Source: Clostridia bacterium (GTDB lineage Bacteria > Bacillota > Clostridia > Christensenellales > DTU072). From it: a stretch of DNA of 64,000 bases. Location: the NCBI GenBank assembly GCA_035409945.1, contig DAONQC010000005.1, positions 57,075-121,074 of the forward strand, written 5' to 3'. A program made the position numbers and the translations under genes. The notes under the pieces were generated by a model. That model did no database searches. It was not told the DNA's origin and saw only the letters and a list, made by a program, of their open reading frames with translations. Shown here piece by piece: positions 52,201 through 61,749 of this stretch. How positions within the stretch are numbered: the stretch's first letter is position 1; each line of letters begins with the position of its first letter.

Positions 52201-55200
52201 ACTTGACGTAAATGTGGGAGAAACGGTTCCTACATTAGTCGCATCAAATGGAATATAACTATACTCTAATTGTACCGATTTAGAAGTGGCTATTCTAACA
52301 CTCTCTTGCGATATTGCTATGCCAGTAAGAGGCTTATCCTCATACGTGGTAATGGTAATACTCTTAGATATACTAGTTCCATTTATTCTTGCTGTAATTT
52401 CAGCCGTTCCTACAGAAAGCGCAGTTAACTTAGCTGTTTTGTGGGTTGTCCCCTCTCCTAACATGTCAACTCTTATTACAGATTCATTTGACGATGTATA
52501 TATAACTCTTTGGTAAGTTGTGCTAGCAGGACTTATATCCACGGATATAGTGCTTGTAGTTCCAACCTTTATTCTACGCCCATCGAGAGGTACAAGATCT
52601 GGATTACTTACGCTGTTTGCGCGTACATAGGTTCCTACTGGATATATTAAATTGACCATTGGATTATTTGTTCCAAACTGTGAAACTCCAATACCAGTAA
52701 ACTCAACAACGCCATCCTCTCTCAAAAATACATTGTGATGTTCGGATGCCGCCATGTCAATTATGTCGTATAGCCCGCTGACTTCGCATTGAGATGAAGA
52801 TGTATCTCCTATCGCTTTCACAGTGCCATTTGGCATTAGTGCTAGTAAGTGTCTTGACCCTGCAACTATGTTAGTAGCGCCTGTTAAACTAGCTAATGCA
52901 TCCGATAGCGGGATACCCCCTCCTACATTAAATTCACCATATATTCCTACTGTGCCATCTGTCCTTAGTACCGCACTGAAACTATCTCCTGCTGTTATCT
53001 TTGCAACAGAGGTTTCTTGTAAAAGCCCAGATTGTCTTTCTAAATCACCAGTAGCAAACACCTTACCTGTGTTGTCTAGACCTACTACATGCCTTGCGCC
53101 AGCAGCTATACTGACTATATTTTTCCATCCACTCACGTTTAGTTGGTAAAAGTCGTTTAAGCCCATTGATAGTACAGTCCCATCATTTGCTAGTCCGTAT
53201 GATGTATAACTACCCGCGACCACTTGTTTTACGTTATACCAACTATCTACTACCGTTTCGCCATAGAAATTATCTCCAAGTGCTGTTACTGTCATGTCTT
53301 TTTTGAGTGCAAGTAGATGTTTTCTTCCTACAGCAATGTCTAAAACGTTTGTTTTTCCACCTACTTCCCAAATGCCAGTTGTAATATCACCAGATACAAC
53401 AACTGTACCTCCATTATTTATGCCCACACTAATTCGCGGTCCTGCAAAAACTTTAGCTTGAATAGTATCGGAAGCAATAATTTGGCTCCATATAGAGGAA
53501 TTGCCCTCTACGTTGTAAGTACCTAACACTTTTTGTTTACCTGCTGCATTTATTACAGTTACTCTTAATTTTGTAGGCATCGCCGATTCGCTTTCAAAAG
53601 GTTCGGTATAGAATACACTAGGTGGCTGCATATTCCCCTTACTATTTACTACAAAAGGAGCATCAAAAACTGTTTGACCTAATTCTGTGTAACTATTTTT
53701 AAATTCACCTAAATTCAAATTACTTGTATTAATAACACTATACGCATTGTCTAAAAGTTCAAGTTTTACATTCGCTAGATATTGTAAATTGATATCTGCA
53801 AATCTAATCTTCGCTTGGACACCACTCCAATCAGAACCATTATATAATGCAATATTTTCAGCTGTAATTTTTCCATCAAATGCATTATCTGGGATTGCCA
53901 ATGTTCCAGTAGGTAAACTAATTCTAAACATAGCAAGGTCACTTCCTACAGAAAGTGCTTCTATTTCTATCTTGCTATTTACACCATCGCTGTAAAATAT
54001 GTTTGTATATTCATATTTAGTTGTCGATGTCCCACTTCCAACGCGGGAAAAATGTGCATTATGAGGAGATAAATTAGCTCGAGCTACATCTTTTGCCGAG
54101 TTGTTATACACATTGTTAGTGGTGGAAATCATATCTACTTTAGGACGAAACACATGTACTTCATCTGGATAAAGACTAGACTGGAATCTAGCATCTCTAT
54201 TTCCTACACTACTGCTAAAATCATGGGGCTCTCTTACTCTATACACAATAAGTCCAGTACCAGGCGCTGCAGCATCATAACTTGAAGAGATGGTAGGATT
54301 TCTATATTCCACCATAAAATATTCGTTGGGTCTTTCGTTTAACGTAATTCTATATGATAAAACTTCAGTTTTAGGAGTTATTGCTACTGGTTTTAAAGAA
54401 TATACGCCACTATCTACCACATCAACTATCTGACTACTAAGGATACCTCCAACATACTTATCTCTTGTGTATGTCAACATATACTGTGGTGTATTGGTAT
54501 TTTGAGCCATCAAATCCCATCTGCCGACAGGTACATAGTCATAGTTATAATGGTAAAAATCTGGAGCGCCTAAAACGTGCCCCATTTCGTGACATAAAAT
54601 CCCAGTGTTTATAGATGTTGAAAAATTGAAGGAATAGTCACCTACTTTAGCTCCACCAAGAGTACTATACCCGCTTCCGTCGATACCATCTAAATTCCAG
54701 CTATGTGGCCAAAGAAGTCCGCCCCAAGTTGATTCATTACTCCCACATATTAAAAAGCTAACACTATCTACATATCCATCGTTATTGATATCGACATTTT
54801 TGCCAGTTAAATCAAATTTGTTTTTTGTAGCATTTATTGCGCCTGTAAGAAGCTCACTTTCTTTTTGTCTTCTTGTCGCTGTGTTTGAATCCTTAATGTT
54901 ATAGTCTTGTCTATTTCCACCATTATGCACATACACAGCCCCAGATTCTCGGGGTAAGATACTGTTTATAGTAACATCATGGTTGCTCATTACCTCATAG
55001 TAGTTTCTAAGGGAATTATTTACACCATTAAAATACATATCAAAATTTTCGATTGCAGCATTAACTGTTGAATCTAGAGTATCATTGAATTTAATGAGTA
55101 TTACAAAATTAACGATAGTTCTTTTACCTGTTGCGCCGGCAAATAATGGTTGTTGGGGCACTTCTTCAGTAATTTCTTCATTATCATCACCATATGTGGT

Positions 55201-55641
55201 TATAAATCCACCATTCGTACTGGCCCTATCTTCCTTACTCAAAAGTTCGGGATTTAGTGATAAGTTTATATCCTCTACAGTAATGGTTTCAACTTTTGCC
55301 TCTCCTTCTAATACAGAAACACCAGTCGATATAACTTTCCCATTATTATCTAGCGTTGCATATGTTAAAGAATCATCATCTCTAAGTAAAACGTTACCAT
55401 TTTCATCGTGATAATATCTAAATTTTTCATCGCCACTTTCTTTAAAGTTAATCTTCTCTCCATTAACTTCCATACTTCTTTCGAAAGTGTACTTGAATAA
55501 ATCTCCCTGTTTTGTAAAATCCTCATAACCTCTATCCGATCCATTACGGATAAAAGCGAACACACCCACCGCAAAAACTGATAACACAAATATCGTTATC
55601 AAAGCGTATGTCATAAATTTTTTAGTGTTAAATTTCTTCAT
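49099..55641 (-). CDS. Secreted multidomain M6-family (immune inhibitor A-like) metalloprotease with RCC1-like repeats, Big_2/Big_3 Ig-like domains and C-terminal dockerin
   Basis: Signal peptide; DINNDGYVD, LWPHSW, HEMGHVLGAPDFY, WDLMA, EYFMVEYR; RCC1 repeats such as IAVGRKHLLALKKDMTVTALGDN; terminal GDANGDGISTSAD...DLNGDGKVTQLD. Confidence 0.88.
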   Translation of the reverse strand: MKKFNTKKFMTYALITIFVLSVFAVGVFAFIRNGSDRGYEDFTKQGDLFKYTFERSMEVNGEKINFKESGDEKFRYYHDENGNVLLRDDDSLTYATLDNNGKVISTGVSVLEGEAKVETITVEDINLSLNPELLSKEDRASTNGGFITTYGDDNEEITEEVPQQPLFAGATGKRTIVNFVILIKFNDTLDSTVNAAIENFDMYFNGVNNSLRNYYEVMSNHDVTINSILPRESGAVYVHNGGNRQDYNIKDSNTATRRQKESELLTGAINATKNKFDLTGKNVDINNDGYVDSVSFLICGSNESTWGGLLWPHSWNLDGIDGSGYSTLGGAKVGDYSFNFSTSINTGILCHEMGHVLGAPDFYHYNYDYVPVGRWDLMAQNTNTPQYMLTYTRDKYVGGILSSQIVDVVDSGVYSLKPVAITPKTEVLSYRITLNERPNEYFMVEYRNPTISSSYDAAAPGTGLIVYRVREPHDFSSSVGNRDARFQSSLYPDEVHVFRPKVDMISTTNNVYNNSAKDVARANLSPHNAHFSRVGSGTSTTKYEYTNIFYSDGVNSKIEIEALSVGSDLAMFRISLPTGTLAIPDNAFDGKITAENIALYNGSDWSGVQAKIRFADINLQYLANVKLELLDNAYSVINTSNLNLGEFKNSYTELGQTVFDAPFVVNSKGNMQPPSVFYTEPFESESAMPTKLRVTVINAAGKQKVLGTYNVEGNSSIWSQIIASDTIQAKVFAGPRISVGINNGGTVVVSGDITTGIWEVGGKTNVLDIAVGRKHLLALKKDMTVTALGDNFYGETVVDSWYNVKQVVAGSYTSYGLANDGTVLSMGLNDFYQLNVSGWKNIVSIAAGARHVVGLDNTGKVFATGDLERQSGLLQETSVAKITAGDSFSAVLRTDGTVGIYGEFNVGGGIPLSDALASLTGATNIVAGSRHLLALMPNGTVKAIGDTSSSQCEVSGLYDIIDMAASEHHNVFLREDGVVEFTGIGVSQFGTNNPMVNLIYPVGTYVRANSVSNPDLVPLDGRRIKVGTTSTISVDISPASTTYQRVIYTSSNESVIRVDMLGEGTTHKTAKLTALSVGTAEITARINGTSISKSITITTYEDKPLTGIAISQESVRIATSKSVQLEYSYIPFDATNVGTVSPTFTSSAPDIVSVDSVTGRITAQSVGEAIITVSITIDDVEYTDTCAVTVVSAGVSITVKKVGETPSNPIALKVKQNESINPDSLIMTVTIGAEAPVVIPVTPDMITCDTSTTGTKNAAITYQGASAVVSVIVSKYVTFVEFTEIPKSNYLLGEALSIAPGERGKIKITYSDNTSTNHDVQPTSFQGYNSEKLGRQTLTYRVPDPVFTNDIHELKHNITVSDWVENISFSPRILAYPFGEDISVTEQVVLSMRSGNERLEDFDSPNLTIEGYNKAIEGYQSVVVKYNDTATGNELTTTPVNIEVLLEGEVTYKYKDQPGYIHYFEVTKDFSIDLEFVQNQGKIFKIGAKETTPDIWFRMENFNKYLEYDASNPGTEQISDLVIYIQRYEDGVLIEEYELSRLQITLRGLSQSSSWGISKKDPANPSNYILLGEEDITTFKYTPLTGDPKPQDLRVRRSLQAGGIDIRTPMEMVYDPELINVVQPLGMRYLNEWKYTKIKIIDTPKYIHTIENQTISYNGKMTIDVYVEMTLRGKVLVSPSTYSIKYEKNGVFIGREKEGIIIEGTNYNTTLGEIKVTVEYAEADYTGSKEFILTVLDVFKQIRMIEEPRIDYWYGEEFNPQSAKFEIEYESGAKEEEYFDAGSPNYKVYPEMNGANVDANGQAITLQYRIGQEVVWSQQVTCYVRNNPSRLDVNLSKFTYLYNESLAIQEVRLTYANGENNRIGAVRYSHNYDKTAIGTQNVVFTYREEMTLNGAGEPGYITVTRVNNKDVVTVTPTRRTPNDIMITVSPENPKIVTLTVTKAISVEVIDKEDNITIVKTPNQREYQYGQALNILGLKLEVEYRSSRKLSLEGAAIKAANLKINYNPTQVGSQTVTITGQNIDAAVASFGVYVSKDGESVLSYKTKTGITVDKQNRVVAIKDEGVFVSEAFNLFSNADYLTKHMLDKNGSSVSTGEGSRALRTGDRVVFKNADDVVIYDFEVNVFGDANGDGISTSADLEEMAQILLRSENKKYVMDLNGDGKVTQLDLVLFARKFALST

Positions 55642-56123
55642 ATTTTATGTATTTGTTTTGCGTTTTATTATTAGTACCAAGTTGCTCTTTATTGTCTATT
55701 TTATCTTCCAGCCTTAGGATTTTGATTACATTTAATTGCTTACTTTATCTTCAAGTCCTAGATTTTTTTAACCGTTTAAGTTAGAGTTCTATGGCAATGT
55801 TTAATATTATACCAATTTTTTCGCCACATTTCCATATTAATATATAATCATACACACGCGCGCACAAATAGTCTAGTTTTTTAACTTTCAGAAAATCTCC
55901 ACCTAAAAACCTAAAATCATTCTGATCAAGATATGCAACAAACACACAAACCTATCTAAGTAAGCACATTTACTAGTGTACTCTCTCTAATATGAGTTCA
56001 AATTGTCCTTTATAAAAATCAAAACCATTCTATTAAAGGATGATTCTAAACATATCATTAAAACAACCATATACGACGTAAGGTTTGTTAAAAAAAGTGA
56101 TATTAATTTACTTCTCCTCAATA

Positions 56124-56152
56124 TTGACACCTCGTGTCTCTTATATTATTAT
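56124..56152 (+). promoter_or_regulatory. Sigma-A-type promoter for the sugar symporter
   Basis: TTGACA-17bp-TATTAT. Confidence 0.65.
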
Positions 56153-56227
56153 GTACCTAACTTAAGTTTTGTGTGTTTTGGGGATTTTTTTAAAACATTT
56201 GGCATAATATTACTTTTGAGGTGAGGG

Positions 56228-57856
56228 ATGGCTACACTTGCACATGATAAAAAGTATTTAAAACCAGTGGACTATGCATCTTTTGGCGGAGCTATGTTCG
56301 CAAATGGAGCAGTAACTGGACTATTACAAGCATATCTAATGACATTTTCACTGCTTATAATCCCAGATGACAAAAAGTATGTACTCGGAATAATATTTTT
56401 CATCGTAAAAGTGTGGGATGGTATAAACGATCCAATCTTGGGACTTATTGTCGATAGAACAAAAACCAAATGGGGAAAGATGCGACCATACATTATATTT
56501 GCAGCAGTACCATTTGGACTACTAACTATTGCATTTTTTATTATCCCTAATTCTTTTTCAACAACAGCTAAATTAATAATGATATTTTTTCTGTACTTGC
56601 TATGGGATACAGTATCAACCCTTGTCGACGTTCCACTAAACGGTCTATATTCAGTAATAACTCCAAATGCTAAAGAACGAACAAAACTTGTTACTTTTAC
56701 AAGGCTTCTTGGTAGCGTAGGTGGCGAATCAGCTCTAGTGCTATATACTGTCGCTCTTCTTATTCTTGGTAAAGATAAAGTTAGAGAGTCAATAATGGCT
56801 GCAGCTGTCATAATCGGTGTACTTGCCCCTATCCTTTTGATATGGGGTGCTTTACAATCTAAAGAGCGTCTAACACCACCAGTTCAAGAAAAACATTCAA
56901 TTAAAGATGTATTTAAGTATCTAAAACAAAATAAACCATTAATCTTTTTACTCTTTGCAAACCTTCTAACTTTCTTTAGACACGTTGTATCTGCGTCTAT
57001 AATTTATATGGTTGTAATAGTATTTAACGAACCTCATAAACAAATTTTATTTGCTTTACCTGGTGCGATAGCCTCTGTCTTAGGCATGCTTTTGGCACCT
57101 GCCATGAAGAAAAAATTTGACTCTAAATCGATATTTATAATTTCAACGATTGCACACTCCATTGCACTTGTTATAGTTTACGCTGCGGGTAGTTATGCCA
57201 TGTCTAAAGATATGCAAATCGCCTTATACGTCATAGCAGCACTTGCATTTCTTGCCATGTTGCCCGTAGGTCTACTAAACACAGTTCCTACTCTCATGGC
57301 AACGGACATAATTGACTATATGGAATTAAAGACAGGCAAGCGTTATGAAGGTATAACTTTTTCACTCATGACTTTAAGAAGTAAAGTTTCAAGCGGGCTT
57401 AAAGATGCTTGGATGATCTTTTTATTAGTCGTGGTTTTTAAACTAGTAGGAGACACCACAAGTAGTACGTTCCCACCTCAATCCGATTGGACTAAAAAGG
57501 GAATTTTTTGGATGTACACCCTAATACCAGCAGCCACAAACCTGCTTTCAATCGTGCCACTATTTTGGTATAAACTCGATGGTAAAACTATGGAAAAAGT
57601 GCATGCTGAATTAGACAAAAGAAGGTCTGAAGCAGCCATAGCCACTGACACCGAAATAACCTTGTTAGCTGACAATTCAGCGGACAACGTTGAATATGCT
57701 AGACCCTCAAACCTTCCTCAAACCGAACTTGAGAAAAATCTAAGTGATATGCTAGAGTCTTTTAAAACGCCAATACTAACACCTCTTTCCAAAGCTAATC
57801 TAGTAACCACAAATCCAGCTGGCGAAACGATAGAACCCACGCCAAAGGAAGTCTAG
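56228..57856 (+). CDS. MFS glycoside-pentoside-hexuronide (GPH, MelB-like) symporter with long hydrophilic C-terminal tail
   Basis: WDGINDPILGLIVDRTKTKWGKMRPY, DIIDYMELKTGKRYEG; about 12 TM. Confidence 0.9.
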   Translation: MATLAHDKKYLKPVDYASFGGAMFANGAVTGLLQAYLMTFSLLIIPDDKKYVLGIIFFIVKVWDGINDPILGLIVDRTKTKWGKMRPYIIFAAVPFGLLTIAFFIIPNSFSTTAKLIMIFFLYLLWDTVSTLVDVPLNGLYSVITPNAKERTKLVTFTRLLGSVGGESALVLYTVALLILGKDKVRESIMAAAVIIGVLAPILLIWGALQSKERLTPPVQEKHSIKDVFKYLKQNKPLIFLLFANLLTFFRHVVSASIIYMVVIVFNEPHKQILFALPGAIASVLGMLLAPAMKKKFDSKSIFIISTIAHSIALVIVYAAGSYAMSKDMQIALYVIAALAFLAMLPVGLLNTVPTLMATDIIDYMELKTGKRYEGITFSLMTLRSKVSSGLKDAWMIFLLVVVFKLVGDTTSSTFPPQSDWTKKGIFWMYTLIPAATNLLSIVPLFWYKLDGKTMEKVHAELDKRRSEAAIATDTEITLLADNSADNVEYARPSNLPQTELEKNLSDMLESFKTPILTPLSKANLVTTNPAGETIEPTPKEV

Positions 57857-57950
57857 TTAATTCATTATAATACCAGCATCTTTTAGCACAACAAATTAAC
57901 AACTGTAAATATGCTGGTCAAACGCGCGACCACTCCCAAAGGGACTTTAA
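57772..57950 (+). repeat. Strongly diverged downstream copy of the symporter gene's last 28 codons (94-97 bp offset)
   Basis: AATAC...AAAT...GCTGG..AAACG...CCAAAGG..stop collinear in gene (57772-57856) and copy (57869-57950). Confidence 0.6.
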
Positions 57951-58177
57951 ACAGTCTGAACATAAAGATAAACTACAATCATGTTATGTCCTAAAATATA
58001 TGTTTTTGTTGCCCTAACTATTACTTTGATATAATGTTTATTTCCGAACAAAAGTTATAGTTATTCCAATAATCAGCACATTTTTTAACCAAACAACTCA
58101 CTTGTTATATTGACAGTTATAAGCCTATTGGACTATTATGTATCTAATAAAAAAATCAATATTTTGGAGGAAGATTA

Positions 58178-59422
58178 ATGACAACGATTGCAATCATTGG
58201 ACTAGGAAGCAGAGGGTACATGTACGGTCAGCATTTGAAAGCGCAAGGTGCAAAAATAGTTTCAATTTGCGAGAAAAAACAAGCCCTACTTGAAACTTCT
58301 GCTAAAACACTGGGCGTAGATCCAAGCAAAGCATTTCTTGATGAAAATGACTTTTTTGCACAAGGCAAAATTGCCGATGCTATGGTCATCGCAACCCAAG
58401 ACAGAGACCATTATGGTCACGCAAAAAAAGCGCTAGAACTAGGATATCATATCCTATGTGAAAAGCCTGTTTCTCCCATAAAAGAACAATGTGAAGAACT
58501 AAACGAGCTTGCTGCTTCTAAAAATTTATATATGGTTGTATGTCATGTTCTTAGGTATACATCATTTTATGACACAATAAAAAACATTATTGATGCTGGA
58601 CTTATTGGAGATATAACCTGCGTCAACCTGGTTGAAAATGTGGGCTATTATCACTTTGCCCATAGTTATGTTCGTGGGAACTGGAGAAGAGAAGACGAAA
58701 CCGGTCCATCAATTCTAGCAAAATGTTGCCATGACTTAGATATGATATATTATCTCACTGGCAAAAAAGCAAAGACTGTATATAGTGCAGGATATAGAAA
58801 AGCATTCATGCCAGAAAATGCACCAGAAGGTGCCCCATCTCATTGTCTATCTGGATGCCCTATAGAAAAAACCTGCCCCTATCATGTAGATAGAATATAT
58901 CTAACGCCCAAAAGACACTCTTTTCCTTTCTTCTTTATAAGACGTAGACTGATTTGCGAAAGACCAGGTGCATCAAGAAAAGAATTTAAAGATAAACTAA
59001 GAACTTCTCCGTATGGAAGATGTGTGTACAAATGCGATAATGATGTTATGGAAAACCAAGTAGTTTCCTTAAAACTAGAAGGAGATATACCAGCAACCTT
59101 AACTATGACTTGCCATACAAACAGAGTATATAGACACACTAGAATCAGTGGTACTAAAGGTGAAATCGTCGGTGAAGGTGGAAAATTTAAACTCAATATC
59201 TTTGCTGGTCCTAAAAAGACATATAGATTTAGTCTACTAGAAGCTATTGGTCACGCATCTGGGGATAGAAATATTATTAAGGACTTTCTCAAACTTTTAC
59301 GCACAAACGAAATAGCTCCAAAGCTTTCTTTAATGAAAGACACTATGGAATCACACTTAGTCGCTTTTGCTGCAGAAGAAAGTCGTAAAACTGGCAAAAT
59401 CATAGAAATGCCAAAATATTAA
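58178..59422 (+). CDS. Gfo/Idh/MocA-family oxidoreductase
   Basis: IIGLGSRG, HILCEKP, HSYVRGNW, LAKCCHDLD, YGRCVYKCDND. Confidence 0.92.
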   Translation: MTTIAIIGLGSRGYMYGQHLKAQGAKIVSICEKKQALLETSAKTLGVDPSKAFLDENDFFAQGKIADAMVIATQDRDHYGHAKKALELGYHILCEKPVSPIKEQCEELNELAASKNLYMVVCHVLRYTSFYDTIKNIIDAGLIGDITCVNLVENVGYYHFAHSYVRGNWRREDETGPSILAKCCHDLDMIYYLTGKKAKTVYSAGYRKAFMPENAPEGAPSHCLSGCPIEKTCPYHVDRIYLTPKRHSFPFFFIRRRLICERPGASRKEFKDKLRTSPYGRCVYKCDNDVMENQVVSLKLEGDIPATLTMTCHTNRVYRHTRISGTKGEIVGEGGKFKLNIFAGPKKTYRFSLLEAIGHASGDRNIIKDFLKLLRTNEIAPKLSLMKDTMESHLVAFAAEESRKTGKIIEMPKY

Positions 59423-59450
59423 CCACTAAATTCACAAATAAATATATTTA

Positions 59451-59483
59451 AAGGCTGTTAGGAATTAGTTTCTTAACAGCCTT
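59451..59483. terminator. Bidirectional terminator between convergent genes
   Basis: AAGGCTGTTAGGAA...TTCTTAACAGCCTT inverted repeat. Confidence 0.75.
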
Positions 59484-59528
59484 TCTTAATCTTAAATAGC
59501 CTCTCTAAATAGTTATATTCAAATTTAA

Positions 59529-61007
59529 TTAGGTATCGGCAAATTCCGATTCGCAAGTTAAGTTAATGCCCAGCCGGTTATAAACCTGAACTTCGCTTTC
59601 AGCCAACATAATTGTTGAGTGTGCTTCGCAGTTTTTTAGTTGAGATAACACCGCCATAGCTTTTGCAGGTAACTCCATCGTAGAAGCTGAAAATGCTAAA
59701 GCAATGAGCGCTTCTTGTAGAGTGAGCTTACTTTGAGATAACCCTAGATTTTCCCTTTTTAGCTTTTCAATTGCTGCTATTGACTCTGGAGAAATAAGAT
59801 TAATTTTATCCGCAATGCCCGCTAGTTTTTTAAGTGCATTCATTAAAGCAGCAGCAGAGGAATTTATGGCTCCCTTACCCCTTCCAGTAACTATTTCACC
59901 ATTTGGTAATTCTATTGCAACTACTGGGTTATCAACTTCTGATGCTCTTTTTAACGCTGCTTGTGCAACCTTTCTTTCAGAAGGTTTTGCACCCAAACTA
60001 TTCATCAATACTTCGACACGAAGAGCTGTATCCATGTCAACCCTTCCCATCTTATATTCATTGTATGTCTTATAATACCTACGAATTATTTCTTGTCTAG
60101 CAGCTTCCTTAATGACTTCTTCGTTTGTTATGCAATCGGCTACCCTATTTACACTTAAGTCAGTTGGCGACTTAAACATCTCAGCGCCCTTTATTTGCTT
60201 TAAAATATCTCGTATAACAGGGAAACACTCCATGTCCCTATTATAATTTACCGCACTTATTCCATATGCTTCCAAATGGAAATAATCTATCATGTTTCTA
60301 TCAGCTATATCTGCTGTTGCTGCTTCGTATGCTACATTAACAGGATGTTTTAAAGGAAGGTTCCATACTGGAAAAGTTTCAAATTTTGCATACCCTGCGT
60401 TAATGCCTCTTTTATACTCGTGATAGATTTGAGATAGACATGTTGCAAGCTTTCCACTACTTGGACCTGGTGCATTGACTATCACAAGTGGTCTAGTGGT
60501 TTCAATATATGAGTTAGCACCATATCCTTTATCTGAGACGATTGTATCTACATCATTTGGATACCCTTTAGTTATAGTATGAACATGTACCTTTTCTCCC
60601 ATTTGTTCTAACTGATTTTTATACATATCCGCAGATGGCTGACCAGAATATTGCGTAATAACTACACAATTTACTAGCATACCTAATTTCCGCATTGCCT
60701 GCATAAGGCGTATAAGTTCATTACCATATGTTATGCCAAAATCGGCTCGTATTTTATTTTTCTCAATATCTGGAGCTCCAATACAAAAAATGAGTTCTGC
60801 TTTATCTTTTAATTTCCTTAAAATCTTTGTCTTGCTATTGGGATCGAAACCAGGAAGGACACGCGCTGCATGTAAATCATCAAATAACTTTCCACCAAAC
60901 TCTAAGTACAGCTTGTTGTATTTTTCAATTCTTTCCAAAATACTAGCCGTCTGTTTTTCAATGTATTTTACATTATCAAAACCGATTTTCATCCCATCCA
61001 CCACCAA
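59529..61007 (-). CDS. DUF1846 (UPF0371) family protein
   Basis: KLYLEFGGKLFDDLHAARVLPGFDPNSK, APGPSSGKLATCLSQ, GYAKFETFPVWNLPLKHPVN. Confidence 0.92.
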   Translation of the reverse strand: MVVDGMKIGFDNVKYIEKQTASILERIEKYNKLYLEFGGKLFDDLHAARVLPGFDPNSKTKILRKLKDKAELIFCIGAPDIEKNKIRADFGITYGNELIRLMQAMRKLGMLVNCVVITQYSGQPSADMYKNQLEQMGEKVHVHTITKGYPNDVDTIVSDKGYGANSYIETTRPLVIVNAPGPSSGKLATCLSQIYHEYKRGINAGYAKFETFPVWNLPLKHPVNVAYEAATADIADRNMIDYFHLEAYGISAVNYNRDMECFPVIRDILKQIKGAEMFKSPTDLSVNRVADCITNEEVIKEAARQEIIRRYYKTYNEYKMGRVDMDTALRVEVLMNSLGAKPSERKVAQAALKRASEVDNPVVAIELPNGEIVTGRGKGAINSSAAALMNALKKLAGIADKINLISPESIAAIEKLKRENLGLSQSKLTLQEALIALAFSASTMELPAKAMAVLSQLKNCEAHSTIMLAESEVQVYNRLGINLTCESEFADT

Positions 61008-61059
61008 ATAAACTTAAATCGTAAAAAAGGATTTTTTAACCCTTCAAACCCACTATCTT

Positions 61060-61088
61060 ATTATACATTTAGCACACTACTATGTCAA
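61060..61088 (-). promoter_or_regulatory. Consensus sigma-A promoter for the DUF1846 gene
   Basis: TTGACA-17bp-TATAAT on the minus strand. Confidence 0.8.
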
Positions 61089-61366
61089 TTTACAACCAGG
61101 TTCAAAAAGGCATAAACTCCAACATTTTTCATACAGTCATTTGCAATTAATATTCGGAAATATATGATGACTTAAACTTTGAAGTTTACTTGAGAATATA
61201 TAGCAAATATCTACATATCACTGTATTCAATAGCAAAAATCCATGCATAGCTTAAGATTCACAGCTAGAATAAGATTTTACAGCATATATAGTAAACAAG
61301 TTTACATACTAAATCCATCGTTTAAATTGTGGTTTTACTACAAAAATGCATATGCAGTGTGCTTGC

Positions 61367-61395
61367 TTGTCTTTTTTTTTATACTATTATATAAT
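61367..61395 (+). promoter_or_regulatory. Promoter for the small basic protein, with a T9 run
   Basis: TTGTCT-17bp-TATAAT; T9 at 61372-61380. Confidence 0.6.
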
Positions 61396-61425
61396 GAAAT
61401 TAACAAAGATAAGGAGGATTAATAC

Positions 61426-61749
61426 ATGAAACTTGAAGATTTACAAAGAAGTTTAGACTTGAGAAAATGGCATGATAGCGAAAATAATGCTATGGATATG
61501 TGCAGGCACTATGATTACTGTGTATTTTGTAGATTTGAAGCTGACTTTCCATGTGCAAGAGCATATAACCGCTTTGAGCAATCAAAGAAAAAAGAGGCAG
61601 CCGAAGCTAAACCAGCAGCAGCTAAAAAAGCTACAACTACGGCTAAAAAGCCAGCAGCTAAAAAGGCTACAACATGCGCAAAAAAACCCGCAGCAAAAAA
61701 AGCCACAACAACAGCTAAGAAAGCTACAACCACAGCAGCAAAAAAATAA
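61426..61749 (+). CDS. Small protein: Cys4 putative metal-binding head plus histone-H1-like Lys/Ala-rich tail
   Basis: C-x5-C-x2-C-x7-C then repeated KKPAAKKATT units; AAGGAGG RBS; own promoter and terminator. Confidence 0.8.
   Translation: MKLEDLQRSLDLRKWHDSENNAMDMCRHYDYCVFCRFEADFPCARAYNRFEQSKKKEAAEAKPAAAKKATTTAKKPAAKKATTCAKKPAAKKATTTAKKATTTAAKK

Noticed and set aside
55700..55770. Short repeat TTTATCTTC.AG...TAG upstream of the protease as an operator
   Set aside because: Two weak copies only; cannot be separated from the general local duplication background
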